Assembly: GCA_951406725.2 (NCBI GenBank)
Contig: OX597828.1
Coordinates: 20,026,001 to 20,090,000, forward strand
Direction: 5' to 3'
Origin: Octopus vulgaris
Lineage: Eukaryota
DNA: 64,000 nt
Each line of letters opens with the position of its first letter. The first letter of the stretch is position 1. Under the pieces are notes generated by a model. It saw only the letters and a program-made list of their open reading frames with translations. It was not told where the DNA came from and made no database searches. Made by a program: the position numbers and the translations under genes. Shown here in pieces: positions 1 to 15,217 of the stretch.

Positions 1-351
1 ATAAATGTACGTTTATATAAGTATAAATGTGTATATATGCATTCATGCACTTAAAAGAATGAAAGCATATATATATATGTGTGCGTGTATGTGTCTGTGT
101 GTGTGTGTATTTATGCCTGTATGTATGAGAAGCTACACAATGTTCTCCTACACGAATAACCGGAGTCATCAACGCTACCAAAATTTTCCTAAAATGGATG
201 ACCACTCGTTTAAAACAATAACAGAGACACGAAAATATAGATGGAAGGCTTGTAGCAATATTAGCAGCAGCAACAGCAGCAGCAGTAGTAGTAATGCTGG
301 TGGCAGTGGTAGTGGCGCTGAGGGCGATACTAGCACCAATTCATATCTTCA

Positions 352-402
352 ACATCATCATCATCATCGTCGTCATCGTCGTCATCGTCGTCGTCGTCGT
401 CG

Positions 403-436
<34 letters not shown>

Positions 437-492
437 TATCATCATCATCATCATCATCATCATCATAATCATCATCATCATCATCATCATCA
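352..492. repeat. (CAT)n/(CGT)n trinucleotide microsatellite
   Basis: Direct read of tandem cat/cgt units; source of the poly-His/poly-Ile ORFs. Confidence 0.95.
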
Positions 493-571
493 ACAATTAC
501 CATTCTTCACATAAGTAATTTCAAACCATTATTATTATTATTAAAGACGTGACACAGTATCCAATATCGTG

Positions 572-737
<166 letters not shown>

Positions 738-1527
738 GTCATCATCATTATTAATATTATTATTATTATCATTATCATCATCATCATTTATTGCTATTAT
801 CATTATGTCTATAATTACGACAATAATCTCTCCGAGACATATGATGGATTAGTTTTATCGAAGCATTATCCAATGGGAAATTGTAAAGATTCAGCTTCAG
901 GATTTTCTCCTACATACATACGATGCCTGCAACGACGACGATAATGGCAACGACGGTGCCGTCGCTGATAATCAAGAAGGTGATGATGATGATGATGATG
1001 ATGTTGACGATGATAAACGACGACGATGAGGATTATGGTAAGGAGGCCGGCTGGCTCGAGACAAACTACCCGTTTCAATGTTCCTCGGTCGATAAAATAA
1101 AGTACAATTGAAGTATGATAGTATCATCAGAATCGACCTTACTAAAACGCGAGACCTTACTCATTTTCCTTAAAACCAATGGTTAAGAACTTGTTACAGA
1201 ATGTCGTAGACACATATAAATATTTTCACTACTAGCATGATACCTAAAATATGCACATATTTAATGAGGTAGGAACTCGTACATTACTGTAGAGACCGGC
1301 ATTTGTAATCGTGCAGACATTAATAAATTTCTCAAATACAGAATGAATGAATATATATAAACGTGTGTGCGCGCGCGTCTGTGTGTATGTGTGCGTGTGT
1401 GTATGTGTGCATGTGTAGGTATGTCTATATTTATGCGTACACAAACACACACACACATACACACACATTTATAAACACATATATATGAGCATATAAGCCT
1501 ATATTTATATATTTACATGCATGTATA

Positions 1528-1605
<78 letters not shown>

Positions 1606-1925
1606 TTGATATATATACTTACATATATGCACACAACCACACATTAATATATATAGACACACACACACACACACACACACATACACACACAGTGTATATA
1701 AATATACACTCACATAGACACGTATGTAGCTCTGTGTGTTTGGGTGTAATATATTATTTATATCAAATGTATATATATTCCACTTTAAAGGATAAATTTT
1801 TCTCGAACAAAAGACATGGGACTATCACATCTACCAATTTTTCTGTGTGTGTGTCTTTACGCCTCCTCTTCCTCCGCCTCTCTCTCTCTCTCTTTCTCTC
1901 CCGTATGCACATAAATTCTCACTTT

Positions 1926-1956
<31 letters not shown>

Positions 1957-2413
1957 TGTTTTCCTCTTTCTCTATCTCTCTCCTTTCATCCCCTGGGACA
2001 CTCTAACTAACAAAGACAACTACTCAGACAGATTTGCGTATATATTAAGTCCTAACGTGCTTATAAATATGCAGGAAACGATAAACTCACAACTCAATTC
2101 CAGGAAACAAATACATAGTTCTAAGCAAAAATAAAGAAAAGAAAATAGATAAATAAATGTAAAAAATAAGATAATTTAAAAAATGGAAAAAAACTAGAAG
2201 CGAATGCTATACCAGTCTCTTCTATAATTGTATATGCCAATCGTAGAAGATATTTAGATGATACCTAATATGGCCCACATTATTTTGGGTGTTGTAGCTT
2301 CTATGATTTTATAAATAACATGGGCATTCTGCATTGAAGATTAATTCTTCTGTCACACAATGTGAAATCTGTCAGAACAAATCCAGAATAAATATTTACC
2401 TGATTATTTAATA

Positions 2414-2968
2414 CGAGCAAAACGCCCCGCGTCCAATGGACGGTGCTGAGTTGTCAAACATTTAAACCAAATTTTCTCAAAACAACTTGTCTGACTGTCC
2501 CATAGGCCTCCCCTTTGACAAACGCTGATTTAACCTAAATTTGACACACGAGCAAAAGAAGAAATAAAGATAGACTTTTTTCTATTCCAAAGAAAAACGA
2601 TTTTATTCACACAAATATGCAACCGAAGAGTACCAGTAATGATAAGGCTGTTATCTGGGAGAAGACAAACATGATTTAAACAGTAAGCTTGGCAGGAAAG
2701 AAACGTGCCTTTAAGCAGTACAAAAACAACCAAAAATGGAAGGTGCAGTTATGTACAGGTTGACGGAAGAAAAGCAGGACAAAAACGGCTTTATCAATCG
2801 CATGCTCACCTGGAATCGATTTTTGTAAATGTTTCAAGATTTATACACGCCCTGATACCGTCGCTATCTACATATCAAATTTGAGCGCAATCGGATGGAG
2901 GATGCCCGAGATCCTAGAAGACACACACACACACACACACACAGACAGAACGGATTTTATATAATAGA
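2414..2968 (-). mobile_element. Non-autonomous Helitron-like element
   Basis: Minus strand starts A^TCTATTATATAAAA, has an internal microsatellite and a subterminal hairpin cgtcca-a-tggacg, and ends CTCG^T (degenerate CTAG). Confidence 0.65.
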
Positions 2969-3554
2969 TATCTTGTGTGTGCTGAAGAAAATCCTACTCT
3001 CAACGCTGCGCGAAGATATGACACAAAATTCCTTGCTATTCTCAATCATTACTTGTTTATGAATATATATCTTTCCGGCGTATCTCCTTGATAGGGAAAC
3101 CTTCCCTATTCTCTAAATCACTTCCAAGGCACTTCAAACTCGATGAAGAAGCATTGGACAGTTCTTGGATGCAGTGTAAGGGACTTCATTTGGGTCTAAT
3201 GCTCATGTACATATTGTTCTTGTTAATACTTCATTTACTTTCCTCATGGGAGATGCCTCCATGTTGAATTCCGTCGTATGCCTTGTTTTGTCTTATCTTA
3301 ATGTCATCGTTTTGTGGATGTGAATATATGTATGTGAATATATGTGAATATATGTATGTCTGTGTGTGCGTATGTATGTCTGTGTGTGCGTCTGTGTGTG
3401 ATAAGACAAAACGATGGGTTAAAACCCATCGTTTTGTCTTATCTTAATGTCACTCCACACATTAGCAGCGTGCTCGTTGATGCTGTCTATGGAACAGGCT
3501 ATACATGCTTATATACACTCATGCATACAGGCATACATATACGGTGATTAGAGT

Positions 3555-3860
3555 ATCGGGGTTACAATCGTGAGGCAGCGAGTTCGATTCCCGGACTGGA
3601 ATGTATTGTGTTCTTGGGCAACACACTTTATTTCACGTTGCTTCAGTTCAATCTTCTTTAAAAATGAGTTGCGACGTCACTGGTGCCAAGCCCCATCAGC
3701 CCCTTTACCTTTCCCTTGGATAACATCGGTGGTGTGGGGAGGGGAGGCTGGTATGCGTGTACGACTGCTAGTCTTCCATAAACAACCTTTCCCGGATTTA
3801 TGCCTAGGAGAGGAACAATTTATGTGCAATCCCATGGTCATCCATGAACTAAAGGATTCT
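3555..3860 (+). mobile_element. tRNA-derived SINE, family C
   Basis: B-box-like gagttcgattccc followed by gtgttcttgggcaacacactttatttcacgttgc; related copies near 5985, 6632(-), 16306, 31270 and 49500. Confidence 0.7.
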
Positions 3861-3984
3861 TTACATGTATACACTGGCAAACACACATACACATACCAAC
3901 ACACACACGGACACAGACATTCACAGACACACGCACATTAAAGCTCTTTCCCGAGGCATATATATATATATGCGTGTGTGTGTT

Positions 3985-4038
<54 letters not shown>

Positions 4039-4052
4039 TACATACATATATG

Positions 4053-4095
<43 letters not shown>

Positions 4096-4270
4096 GCACA
4101 CACAGACATACATATATTCACATTGCGTGTATATATTGAGCATCTATATTCAATAAACTTCTAGCACACATAGTGAGTTCCATATATTTTTCTGTAAAGA
4201 CACGTATATATATTTGTAAGAAAGATATGCATATATATGTATATATGTGTGTGTATATACATATATATGA

Positions 4271-4315
<45 letters not shown>

Positions 4316-4338
4316 CATATGAGTGCATATATATATGA

Positions 4339-4395
<57 letters not shown>

Positions 4396-4939
4396 AAATT
4401 CTTGAGAGAGTGAATGCAATTTTCAGATCCAGAGATTCAACTCAAATCTGAATGCATATACAAACGCGCGTTATTAAATGCCCAAAATGGTTTTCTCCAT
4501 GATGAATGACAACAGATTAGTTTGAAATGGCGTTCGTACGACTTCATCACACCCAGATGTTTAATCTTGGTGATTATAACCACAATGCCGTCTTTCAAAC
4601 GATACTGAAAATATGTTCCTTCTATATAATCCCTTTTCCCTCTCTTTCTCTTTTCTTTTTTGTGTTTTGACTTCCTATCATCCTTATCTATGTTATTACG
4701 AAATGTTTTATCTTTGGAATGAATAAATCTCAGAATTTATGAACACGAATACATCGCAATGATATATGACATTGTCCTCCTCCTCCTCCTATTCCTCTTC
4801 TTCTTCCTCCTCCTCCTACTATTCCCCTTCATCTTCCACCCCCTCCTATACCTCTTCCTCTTCCAGCTATGTATATAAAATGCTCACATATGGACATGTA
4901 TGAAATAAACTGTTTATTGTAAAAGCATAGAGTAAAAAG

Positions 4940-4988
<49 letters not shown>

Positions 4989-5001
4989 GTGTGTGTGTGT
5001 G

Positions 5002-5181
5002 TAGATAAAGGTATATGTGGCCGATTTATGGGATTACCCGCAGTTTTGATTCCTTAAAGCTCTCAGCTTTACGGCATTTATTCAGGCCCTAATCCAGTTG
5101 GCCTATGGCTGTAAAACTAAGTTCTTTATGGACGTGAAACCCCCATGTAACCCCATAAACAGACCATACCTATCTTTATCT
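5002..5181. repeat. Imperfect fold-back element next to a (TA)n/(TG)n tract
   Basis: agataaaggtatatgtggccgatttatgggattac is an imperfect inverted match to gtaaccccataaacagaccatacctatctttatct. Confidence 0.55.
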
Positions 5182-5270
5182 ATGTACTCTACTACTCTAT
5201 AACTCAGAGCGTGCTTCTTCTTCTTCTTCAGATTTATGATTTACTAACGAGACACACATATGTTAATATA

Positions 5271-5315
<45 letters not shown>

Positions 5316-5384
5316 ATAAGTATGTGCACGTGTGTGTAAGAGTGTGTGTGAAGGTGTGTGCATATGTATATATAATATATATAT

Positions 5385-5570
5385 AAAGTTAATCCAAACA
5401 TGAAAACACAAAGAGAAAACACAATAACGCGAGGATGTGGAACAAGTGTAGTATTATTGGACGCTCAGGAAAGAAGGAAAGAAGGAGGGTTTAACGTTTC
5501 GAGCGGATTTTTCGTCAGAAAATAGGAAAAGGAAAGATTCAGAGAAGGTAAGACGGAAGAAAAAAATCTC
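5385..5570 (-). mobile_element. Penelope-like pseudo-LTR relic with degenerate minimal hammerhead
   Basis: Minus strand reads ttt-CTGACGA-aaaatccgctc-GAAACGTT-aaa (~5490-5521); TA-rich flanks; truncated homolog at 30251-30348. Confidence 0.6.
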
Positions 5571-5573
5571 TTA

Positions 5574-5641
<68 letters not shown>

Positions 5642-5694
5642 CAGTATACACACACACATGCATACACACACACACACACGCACACGCACACACA

Positions 5695-5754
<60 letters not shown>

Positions 5755-5917
5755 AGACGGGCTTCTTTCAATTTTCGTCTATCAAATCCACTCACATGTC
5801 TTTGGTTGACCCGACGTTATAATAAAAGACACCTGCCGAAGGTGCGACGCAGTGGGAATGAACGCAGATCCATATAGTTGGGAAGTAACCCTCTTACCAC
5901 ACAGCCACGTCTGCACT
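5755..5917 (-). mobile_element. SINE family B, 5' half
   Basis: Reverse-complement match to the copy at 29452. Confidence 0.8.
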
Positions 5918-5984
5918 TATACACGCACACGCACACACACACACACACACACACATTCATACGTGTGTATGCATATTGTGGACG

Positions 5985-6235
5985 TCTGTAGATTAGTGGT
6001 TAGGACGTTGCAATCTTGATCGTAATATGGTGGTTTCGGTTCCTAAACCGGGCCTTGCATTTAGTTCTGGAACAAAACCATTCATTTCATGTTGCTGTTG
6101 TCCACTCAGCTGCCAATAAATCCTTATTCCTTCGATGGGCTAGCGTCCCATCCCGGTACACAATATATACGCCACAGAATACCAGAAATGCCCTTATGAG
6201 TCTCATTGATCGGAATTGACGCTTGGTTATTCTCT
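5985..6235 (+). mobile_element. SINE family C, degenerate
   Basis: A-box-like tagtggttagg and body similar to the 3555 copy. Confidence 0.55.
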
Positions 6236-6534
6236 CTTTGACATAAATTAAATAATTCGATCTGTGTGAGGTTCGATGATCAGTATTGAACTGTTCAATC
6301 AACTGAATTATCTAATTATTTAATTAATGTATAAATGAGTGACGTTTTCGCAGACAGTCTATGACACTTAAAGTAGCATCAAATGTTATATGACAATACA
6401 GTAAATTTCAATTATAGATGCAATCTAATCGAAAAGCTTCCGTACAGTTTCCGTTAATACAGATGCATTCATAAGCTTTATGTCGCTCTGAGTTTTTCGA
6501 GAAAAATACTCGTCGAATACAAGAAGCAGTAGGC

Positions 6535-6617
<83 letters not shown>

Positions 6618-6631
6618 AACACACACACACC

Positions 6632-6788
6632 TGGACGGGATGCCGGTCTGTCGCAGGATTACTCAATTTTACCAGCTGAGTAGAATGAAGCAACGTGAAA
6701 CGAAGTGTTTCGTTCGAGAGTACAACGCATCACCCGGTCCAGGAATCGAAACCACAATCTTACGATCATGAGTCCGACACTCTAACCA
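6632..6788 (-). mobile_element. SINE family C fragment
   Basis: Reverse complement gives tagtggttagagtgtcggactcatgatcgtaagattgtggtttcgattcc (tRNA-like head). Confidence 0.65.
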
Positions 6789-7334
6789 CTAATCCATGTG
6801 TCTCCACAGAGTGTGTATGTCGACTACTTCGACCCCAGTGCCGAACCGACATTTATTTGAAGTCAGTGGCATTTGAACTCAGAATGTAAAACTCGAAAGG
6901 AAGTGCCGCTTAGCGATTACTAGCCTCTTCTTGTCCGGCATGCTTACAGTTCGACCACCTCGATACTTTTCCTTTGAATAAAATCGTATGCGTGCGTGCA
7001 TGTGTTTCCGATTATCTGTCAGTGTGTGTGAGTGTGTGTATGTGAGTGATACAAGTATATATTTGTGTGTCTCTTTCAATTTTCTATGAATTGTGAAAAA
7101 CGGGAAAGAAGGCGAGAAAAGGCATCAGAAATGTGTAATTACATGATAAGCAGACATCAAAGACAGCTGAAAAAGGGCTGAGGAATACCCTTGAAATGAA
7201 AGAATAGGATTGTATTAAACAACGGATCAATACAAAAAAAAAACTGCATCTTGCGCCAGAGGCTGCAACTGCAGCTCTTGTCCGACAGATGCCCTGTGAG
7301 CGATTTTGACGGATGATAGATATACATATACGTA

Positions 7335-7453
<119 letters not shown>

Positions 7454-7937
7454 ATATATATATATATATATATAGAGATAGAGAGAGAGACAGAGAGACA
7501 GACAGACAGTATGCATATGTGTGTAGCTTTGTGTCCGCGATTGTCCCCTTTTCCCACAACTTGAGAATTGGTTTTGGTTCGGTCTCTTTATGTTCCCTTA
7601 ATTTCATGGTTCGACCCCAAAAAGATATATAAATACGATATAAATAAAAGGCAGTGCGATCGATCTTTATGACTAAAAACCTTCAAGGTGGTACACCAGT
7701 ATGGCCGCGCAATCCAATGAATGAAACGAGTGATAGAATAGGCATCAAAGAAAAAAACCACTTATAGATCTGATTTAAAAGGAAATGATTCACAGCTGAT
7801 AAAAAAATAATTATTCGCATTTAAATATATTTAAATGTAATTTAGAAATAAATAAGTTTTCGTCAAAAGTGCATAAAAAACGATGAGAATTATACGAGAG
7901 AAAGAGAAAAAGAAAGAGTAAGAGAACGAGAGAGGAA

Positions 7938-7941
<4 letters not shown>

Positions 7942-8007
<66 letters not shown>
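7942..8007. repeat. (GA)n microsatellite
   Basis: Direct read. Confidence 0.95.
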
Positions 8008-8011
<4 letters not shown>

Positions 8012-8656
8012 TGAGAATTTGTGGCCAGATTAGACGCAAAGCCAATTTTTTTTACATAATTTCCTGTAGTTTATATTCATGAAAAAAGTAAATGAAAGAA
8101 ATGAATTTATATAAGATCCAGCCAAACAAGATTTGCAATGGTGATAAATACCGTCACTAATGAAAACTTTCAAAACGAGGTTAGAAACAGGGAGAGAATT
8201 TGAACGTGGAATAATAGCGACATGATGTGTTTCACAACCAGCAAAGCAAACCGTAAATAATTCTCAAAACCTTACGTAATGTATACCATATCGGAAATAT
8301 TTTCAACAGTAAAACGCTTTCATTGAGATAAATGTTTCGCTTCAGATTAGATCAGATGCGATTCTGTGGAGAGTTGTCAATATAGATATCAAATACGGTT
8401 CGACAAAAAAAAAAAAAATAAATAAAGAAATTAATATTGATAATAATGATAATAATAATAAAATAAAATAGCATTGAAGCGGAAAAAATCGTTGAAAGGA
8501 ATTAAAATTTTATGAGAAAAATCAAATAAACAGTAGAAACACTTGAGATATGAAGACTTTTAAATTGGTAGAACACATTGGTATTCTGTTTGTATCATGT
8601 ACACACAGTAATTAACACGCTCACTCATGCAAAAAAAACTAGTTCGCGCGCACTTG

Positions 8657-8707
<51 letters not shown>

Positions 8708-8836
8708 CAAAATGAGGGTGAAAAATTGTATATTAATTTAATAATATCAGTTTAACACCAATGGTGTTGAGAACAACTTTTAGTGGCTAGCGTAAGGGAG
8801 CTCACTTTTAGTGGATTCCCTCTCATATATGTATTA

Positions 8837-8874
<38 letters not shown>

Positions 8875-8915
8875 AGGGAGTGGTATATATGGTTAAATGG
8901 TATATTTCATATGTT

Positions 8916-9148
8916 AAGGCGGACAGCTGGTAGAAACGTTAGCACGCCGGGCGAAATACTTAGCGGTATTTCGTCTGCCGTTACGTTGTGAGTTCAAATT
9001 CCGCCGAGGTCGACTTTACCTTTCATCCTTTCGGGGTCGATAAATTAAGTACCAGTTACGCACTGGGGTCGATGTAATCGACTCAATGCCTATGTCTGTC
9101 CTTGTTTGTCCCTTCTATGTTTAGCCCCTTGTGGGTAATAAAGAAATA
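8916..9148 (+). mobile_element. tRNA-derived SINE, family A (full length)
   Basis: aaggcgg..ctgg..gaaacgttagcac head, B-box gagttcaaattcc, central cctttcatcctttcggggtcgataaattaagtacc (recalls the Meta-type SINE domain), tail aaagaaata; many copies in the window. Confidence 0.85.
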
Positions 9149-9170
9149 GGTATATGTTATATATATATTT

Positions 9171-9403
9171 TTTATTCTTTTACTTGTTTCCGTCATTGGA
9201 CTGATGCCATATTGAAGCACCGCCTTTAATCGAACAATTCGACCCCAGGTCTTATTCTTTCTAAGCCTAGTACTTATTCTATCGGTTCTTTTGCCGAACT
9301 GTTAAATTACCTACACACCAACATGGGTTGTCAAGCGATGGTGTGGGGACAAGCACGGAACATAAATACACACACACACACAAACAGACGCACACACATA
9401 CAT

Positions 9404-9435
<32 letters not shown>

Positions 9436-9606
9436 ACGACAGGCTACTTTCAGTTTCCGTCTACAAATCCACCCAAAAGGCTCTGATCGGTCCTAGGCTC
9501 CGAGGCTGTAGTAAATGACACTTATCCAAATTGCCACGTAGTGGAACTGAACCCAGGTCTATGTCGTTGGGAAGCAAGCTTCTTACCACCTGGCCACGCC
9601 TGCGAC
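9171..9606 (-). mobile_element. SINE family B (CORE-like, internal microsatellite)
   Basis: Colinear reverse-complement match to 29452-29852. Confidence 0.85.
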
Positions 9607-9709
9607 TGTTATGTATATATATTATAATACGATTGATTTATGTTATCATATATATCTAAATACTTATATTCATATATATCTATATATGTACTTACATACA
9701 TACGCACAC

Positions 9710-9779
<70 letters not shown>

Positions 9780-9876
9780 TGACTACTTGGTAGAATTATT
9801 GATTATTAATCAATTAATTAATTGATCAATTAATTAATCTTACCTTATATTATACACACACACACACATATATATA

Positions 9877-10877
9877 TTGGGTCATCCCATAAGTAATGCG
9901 GCTTTTTCATTTGCTTGAGCTAAAAGTCGGAGGGGTACGAGATAAACTACCTGATCAACTTGCTATATTAAAGCAGGTAGTAATTTTACATTGTCCTTAT
10001 TCTTAGTGCAAGTTTTGAAGAGTGCATTTCGTTTTAACAATTATTTTTTCAAAGCTACAACGGAAGTGGCAAAGGAATATATTCGGCATATTTTGCTTTA
10101 CGAGTTCAATAAAGGCAACAACGCAAAGGAAAGTGCAAGGAATGCTAATACTGTATATGGGGATCGGACAATAAGCATAAGTCAGTGTCAACGGTGATTC
10201 CAGAAATTCCGAGTCGGTAACTACAGTCTAGAAGACGAGCCTCGTCCTGGAAGCTCTGTAGAGCTCCACGAGGACGTCCTGCAAACCCTGGTGGAACAAA
10301 ATCCCATCGTAGCTGTTGAAGAACTGGCAGAGGAGAAACACCGGAACTCTAGGCTAAAGAAAGTTTTCAGCTATGTATGTTATCTTTTTGGTGGGATATA
10401 AAAGGTTTAGTCCACTGTGAACTTTTAAACCCAGACCAAACAATAATAAGATCTACTGCGAGCAGATTGAACAGCTTAAGCCAGAGCTACAAGAAAGACG
10501 ACCATCCTTGGCTTCAAGACAAAAGGTGTTCTTCCATCAGGAAGATACAGCGTGGATGACATTCCAAAGGATGGAACATTTCGGTGGGAAACGATGTCAC
10601 GCTCACCATATTTTCCGGACATTGCCCCACCTGTTATTCTTCACATTTATGCCGCAGTCTTCATAATTATTTTGAAGGGAAAAATATGAATTCTGTAGAC
10701 AAGGTCAGAACAATACTGGAAGAGTATCTTTCGTTACAGACAAGAAAATTTTGAAAGAGGAGCCTTACAAATCTACCAGATAGATGGAAGGGCATAGTGA
10801 AAAATGAAGGAGAATATATATTTCAGATTAAAAAAGGAGTTTGTATAAAAAATCGCGTTCTTTATGGGATGACCCAC
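9877..10877 (+). mobile_element. Mariner (Tc1/mariner) transposon, internally deleted
   Basis: TIRs ttgggtcatcccataag / ctttatgggatgacccac with TA flanks; transposase remnants EYIRHILLYEFNKG, MLSFWWDIKGLVHCELL and a YFPDIAP-like motif. Confidence 0.92.
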
Positions 10878-10936
10878 TATATGCGTGTATGTGTATATGT
10901 GTATATACTTCTGTTATTTCTACCGAATATGCATTC

Positions 10937-11098
<162 letters not shown>

Positions 11099-11395
11099 GT
11101 GTACACACACATGCACACACTCATAGACACACGCACAAGCACACATATGTATACGCACATACATACGTACACACACACACACAGAGGCTCGCGCGCACTC
11201 ATTGAAGCTTATTGCAGAGATAGAAAATCTTGATATAGCTGTGTATATTTGAAAAAGTGAACAATAACATTTTCAATTATTATTTTTCAATTTAATGATG
11301 AGATGTTTACAAATCATTAGCGATTTGTAAACATCTTGTCGTTAAAGTGGAAAATAATCATCAGAAATGACATTGCAGTTCACTCTTGTTATGCG

Positions 11396-11431
<36 letters not shown>

Positions 11432-11934
11432 TGTATATATGCATACATATATTTTTTAATATATGTTAGCGTATGTGTTTGGGTGTATCTGTGTGTGCAT
11501 GTTTGTATGTATATATATGTGTGAGTGGAGTGTGTGTATGTATACATGTGTGAGTGTATGTATGCGTGTGGCTATGCGTGTGTTTATCCAAATATACACA
11601 TACACATGTGAGCACATGCGTACTCATGCATACACGTATATAGGCCCGCATATATATATGCGTATGTGTGTAAATGTATATTTGCATACACACACACATA
11701 GGCACACGCATACATACACTCACGCACACACGCACGTGTGTGTGTGTGTATTCACTCTGAAATAAATTACAGCTCATGTGAAAGGCTCCGATGAAGCTGT
11801 AAGATGTTATACTGTTGTTACTCAACTATCAGTGCACTGCATTCTCTAGCCAAAACTGTAGTAACCTAATGGAGTGCATAAGATAATCGTTTATTTTCTT
11901 ATACGTACCTACATACATATATACATATATATTG

Positions 11935-12180
11935 ATATCATAATTTAACGGCCGTTGTACATGCTGGCACGGGTTGGACGGTTTGACCAGGCCTGGCAAG
12001 CTGGAAGACTCCAGTCTGATTTGGCATGGTGTTTACGGCTGTATGCCCTTCCTAACGCCAACCACTCCGAGAGTATAATGAGTGCTTTTGCGTGCCACTG
12101 GCGTGACACTTGCGCGACATCAGTGTCTGCCACGAACTGCGATTTTGTTCGGCTTGGTGGGTTTTCTTCTGAAGCACGAC
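11935..12180 (-). mobile_element. SINE or RTE-related retroelement fragment
   Basis: Reverse complement contains ggttggcgttaggaagggcatacagccgtaaac, a motif I recall from RTE-associated repeats. Confidence 0.5.
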
Positions 12181-12564
12181 ATAATGCCAAAGGTCATTGC
12201 CTTTAAAAGGCCCAACACTCGAAAGTTTGACATAGGAACACTAGGACAAAATTGTTACCTTGTACCACGAAAATAACAACTGACTCTCTATAGCTTAGTG
12301 GATCGAAAATTAAAAAGAATTGTCGGTTGCTTGATATTATTTTCACCTCTCATTCAAAGTAGGTTATATTTGCCGCTAGGGACTTATTCGCTTTCTCTCA
12401 AAGCGAAAATAAGTTCTGTAAATCAAGAATTTATCCTCTATGGTGTTTAGTATAACCGTTTGTCTTCTTGCTATTCAGATTCCCGCCATAGGCCATTGTG
12501 AGAAGTTTCGTTTTTTCTCTTATCTCATTTCACTAAGATTATATGTAGGCGTGTTTATGTGTTT

Positions 12565-12603
<39 letters not shown>

Positions 12604-12643
12604 CGTACATACATATCTGTGTGAATATATTTATGAATACGCA

Positions 12644-12729
<86 letters not shown>

Positions 12730-13198
12730 TTGATAGATGGATAGATAGATAGATATACAAATACATGCAAACACCAATACATATATACACTCGCATACAG
12801 ACTCGTATACACACACACGCATACGTACACACACAAACAAATATTTCTAGATGTTTTGGGGATTACTGACGAAAGGAAAAGTACTGAACATAACTTGTAG
12901 TATTTATTTATTCACACACGAAGCTCTGAGTACTTTAGCGTTCAAGTATTCGATGGTGCTTTACGTCTAAGCGAACATTTAGACACAACAAGCCCGAAGT
13001 AGCGATAAAAGTACTATCGTGATCTTCAAGATAATGTACATACAAATTTACATCGAAGTTTATATACAATGATATATACGTACACAGGTATAGACACATA
13101 TATACTAAAACACATGTACGTGCATCTGTACTTCCATATGTGTGTCTGTGTGTGTGTGTGAGTGCAAATATCTATCTATCTATCTATCTATCTATCGA

Positions 13199-13236
<38 letters not shown>

Positions 13237-14198
13237 CATCCCTCCATCCCTCCATCCCTCCATCTATCTATCTCAAACGAAAAGGAAGAGCTATTTTCAT
13301 CATCCTTGTGGCTATGGCGAAAGACTGTATCTGGTGGACGCGTCTGAAGGGATTGGAGACAAACACTTTCCTCTCTGGTCAATCTCTCATCAACTTTTTC
13401 AAGTATCACTTGAAAAGAAAAGTGAGAGTAGAGAGGCAAGTTTCGTATAGCGAATGTTTAAAAAAAGATGGGTGAATGTAGCAAGGATAGCACGTATGAA
13501 TGATGAAGCCACCTTGAGCATAATCCTATGAACCCGGAAAATTTAAAACAGAGGTTTACCTACTTGCAAACAAATGTGGTAACATGTAACATCATTGACC
13601 GAGGTTACCGTGGTCTTTTCCGTACGCTTTTCTTCCCACAGATAAACCTTATCTGCTTCCCCATTTACACTTTACACCATGACACTGTGATACATGGTCC
13701 CTATTGATCGTTTTTTTCCCCTTTTTCCCCCTTTTTTTCTTCTTTCCCTTTTACGATCCCTTTTGATCGAAAACCTAACCCACGTTTTTTTTTTCTCTTC
13801 CCCAAAAACAAAAACTCTACGAGTGTTAGAGAAAGCGATTCTAACTATGTGGGAATTGATGATAGAATAATATCTAGAATTTTGGGGAAAGTTCCTAGCA
13901 ACAGCTTCACGGAACTGCAAGGGAAGGTTCGATTTAATTTGTTTTCCGAAAGGGATAACGAACCAGATACTATTCTTAGTGACTAAGAATAGTATTAGTA
14001 ATAATAGTAATGGTAATAGTGAACGGTGATAACAATGATAATAATAATAATAGTAATCATTTCACCAAAACATGGAACCTCTACCTTTATAAGTAGGCTG
14101 TTACATCCTTGGTACTTATGTGAATCTTTGCTACACTGGTAACTATTTATTTATTTATTTTTCCGTGCTATTTGTAAACATTAAAAAATACACATACA

Positions 14199-14265
<67 letters not shown>

Positions 14266-14384
14266 AGTAAATAAATGGAATTGAACGCAGATGCTATTCA
14301 AATTCTTTTAGTTTCTTGTTTATTGAATTTTTGTTTATTGAATTTTCCATGTTAACGGTAAACAAAGGATAATTTATTCAGCCA

Positions 14385-14418
<34 letters not shown>

Positions 14419-14620
14419 ATATATATTCATGGCTGATTTAGCGAAGTGCCAAATCGTATAGTGTAACATTGACGCGAGCAGCTGGGCAGGATATAAACCG
14501 GATGTAAACCGTACAGGCAAAATTTAGTCGTCAATATTTGTGACTGTATGTGCTACATGTATGTATGTCCATTTTATATTTCTGACTGTCTTTCCCTCAC
14601 CCCATGGTTGTACATGCACT

Positions 14621-14795
14621 ATTCTTTTATTCTTTTACTTGTTCTAGACATTGCGACCATGCTGGAGATCCGCCTTAAACGGTTTTAGTCGAAGAAATCG
14701 CCCCGGGCACTTATTCTTTGTAAACCTAGTACTTATTCTATCAAGCGAAGGTGGGGCAACACGCACACACACACACATACATACACACACACACA

Positions 14796-14883
<88 letters not shown>

Positions 14884-15061
14884 ACACAAATATATAAATT
14901 TATATATATACGACGGACTTCTTTTAGAGTCTGTGTACCAAGCCCACTCAGAAAGCTTTGGTCAGTCCGAGAACACTAACCCAACGTATCACGCAGTGGT
15001 ACTTAACCAGGAACCATGTCGCTGGCAAGCAAGCTTCTTACCACAAAACTACGCCTGTGCC
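14621..15061 (-). mobile_element. SINE family B
   Basis: Reverse-complement match to 29452-29852 with an internal deletion. Confidence 0.8.
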
Positions 15062-15217
15062 ATAAACAGTTGATAGATAAATAGATAGATAGATATGTAT
15101 GTGTATACATATATATTTATGCATATTTGAATATATACATATACATATATACATATACATATATTCATTCATACATACAAATATAATTTTATTTTATATT
15201 ATTTATTTTATATTATT

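Noticed and set aside
5-514. 169-aa ORF with Ser/Gly/His runs as a host exon
   Set aside because: Begins in (TA)/(TG) repeats and ends in (CAT)n; no recognisable domain or supported splice context. A short exon cannot be excluded without RNA data.
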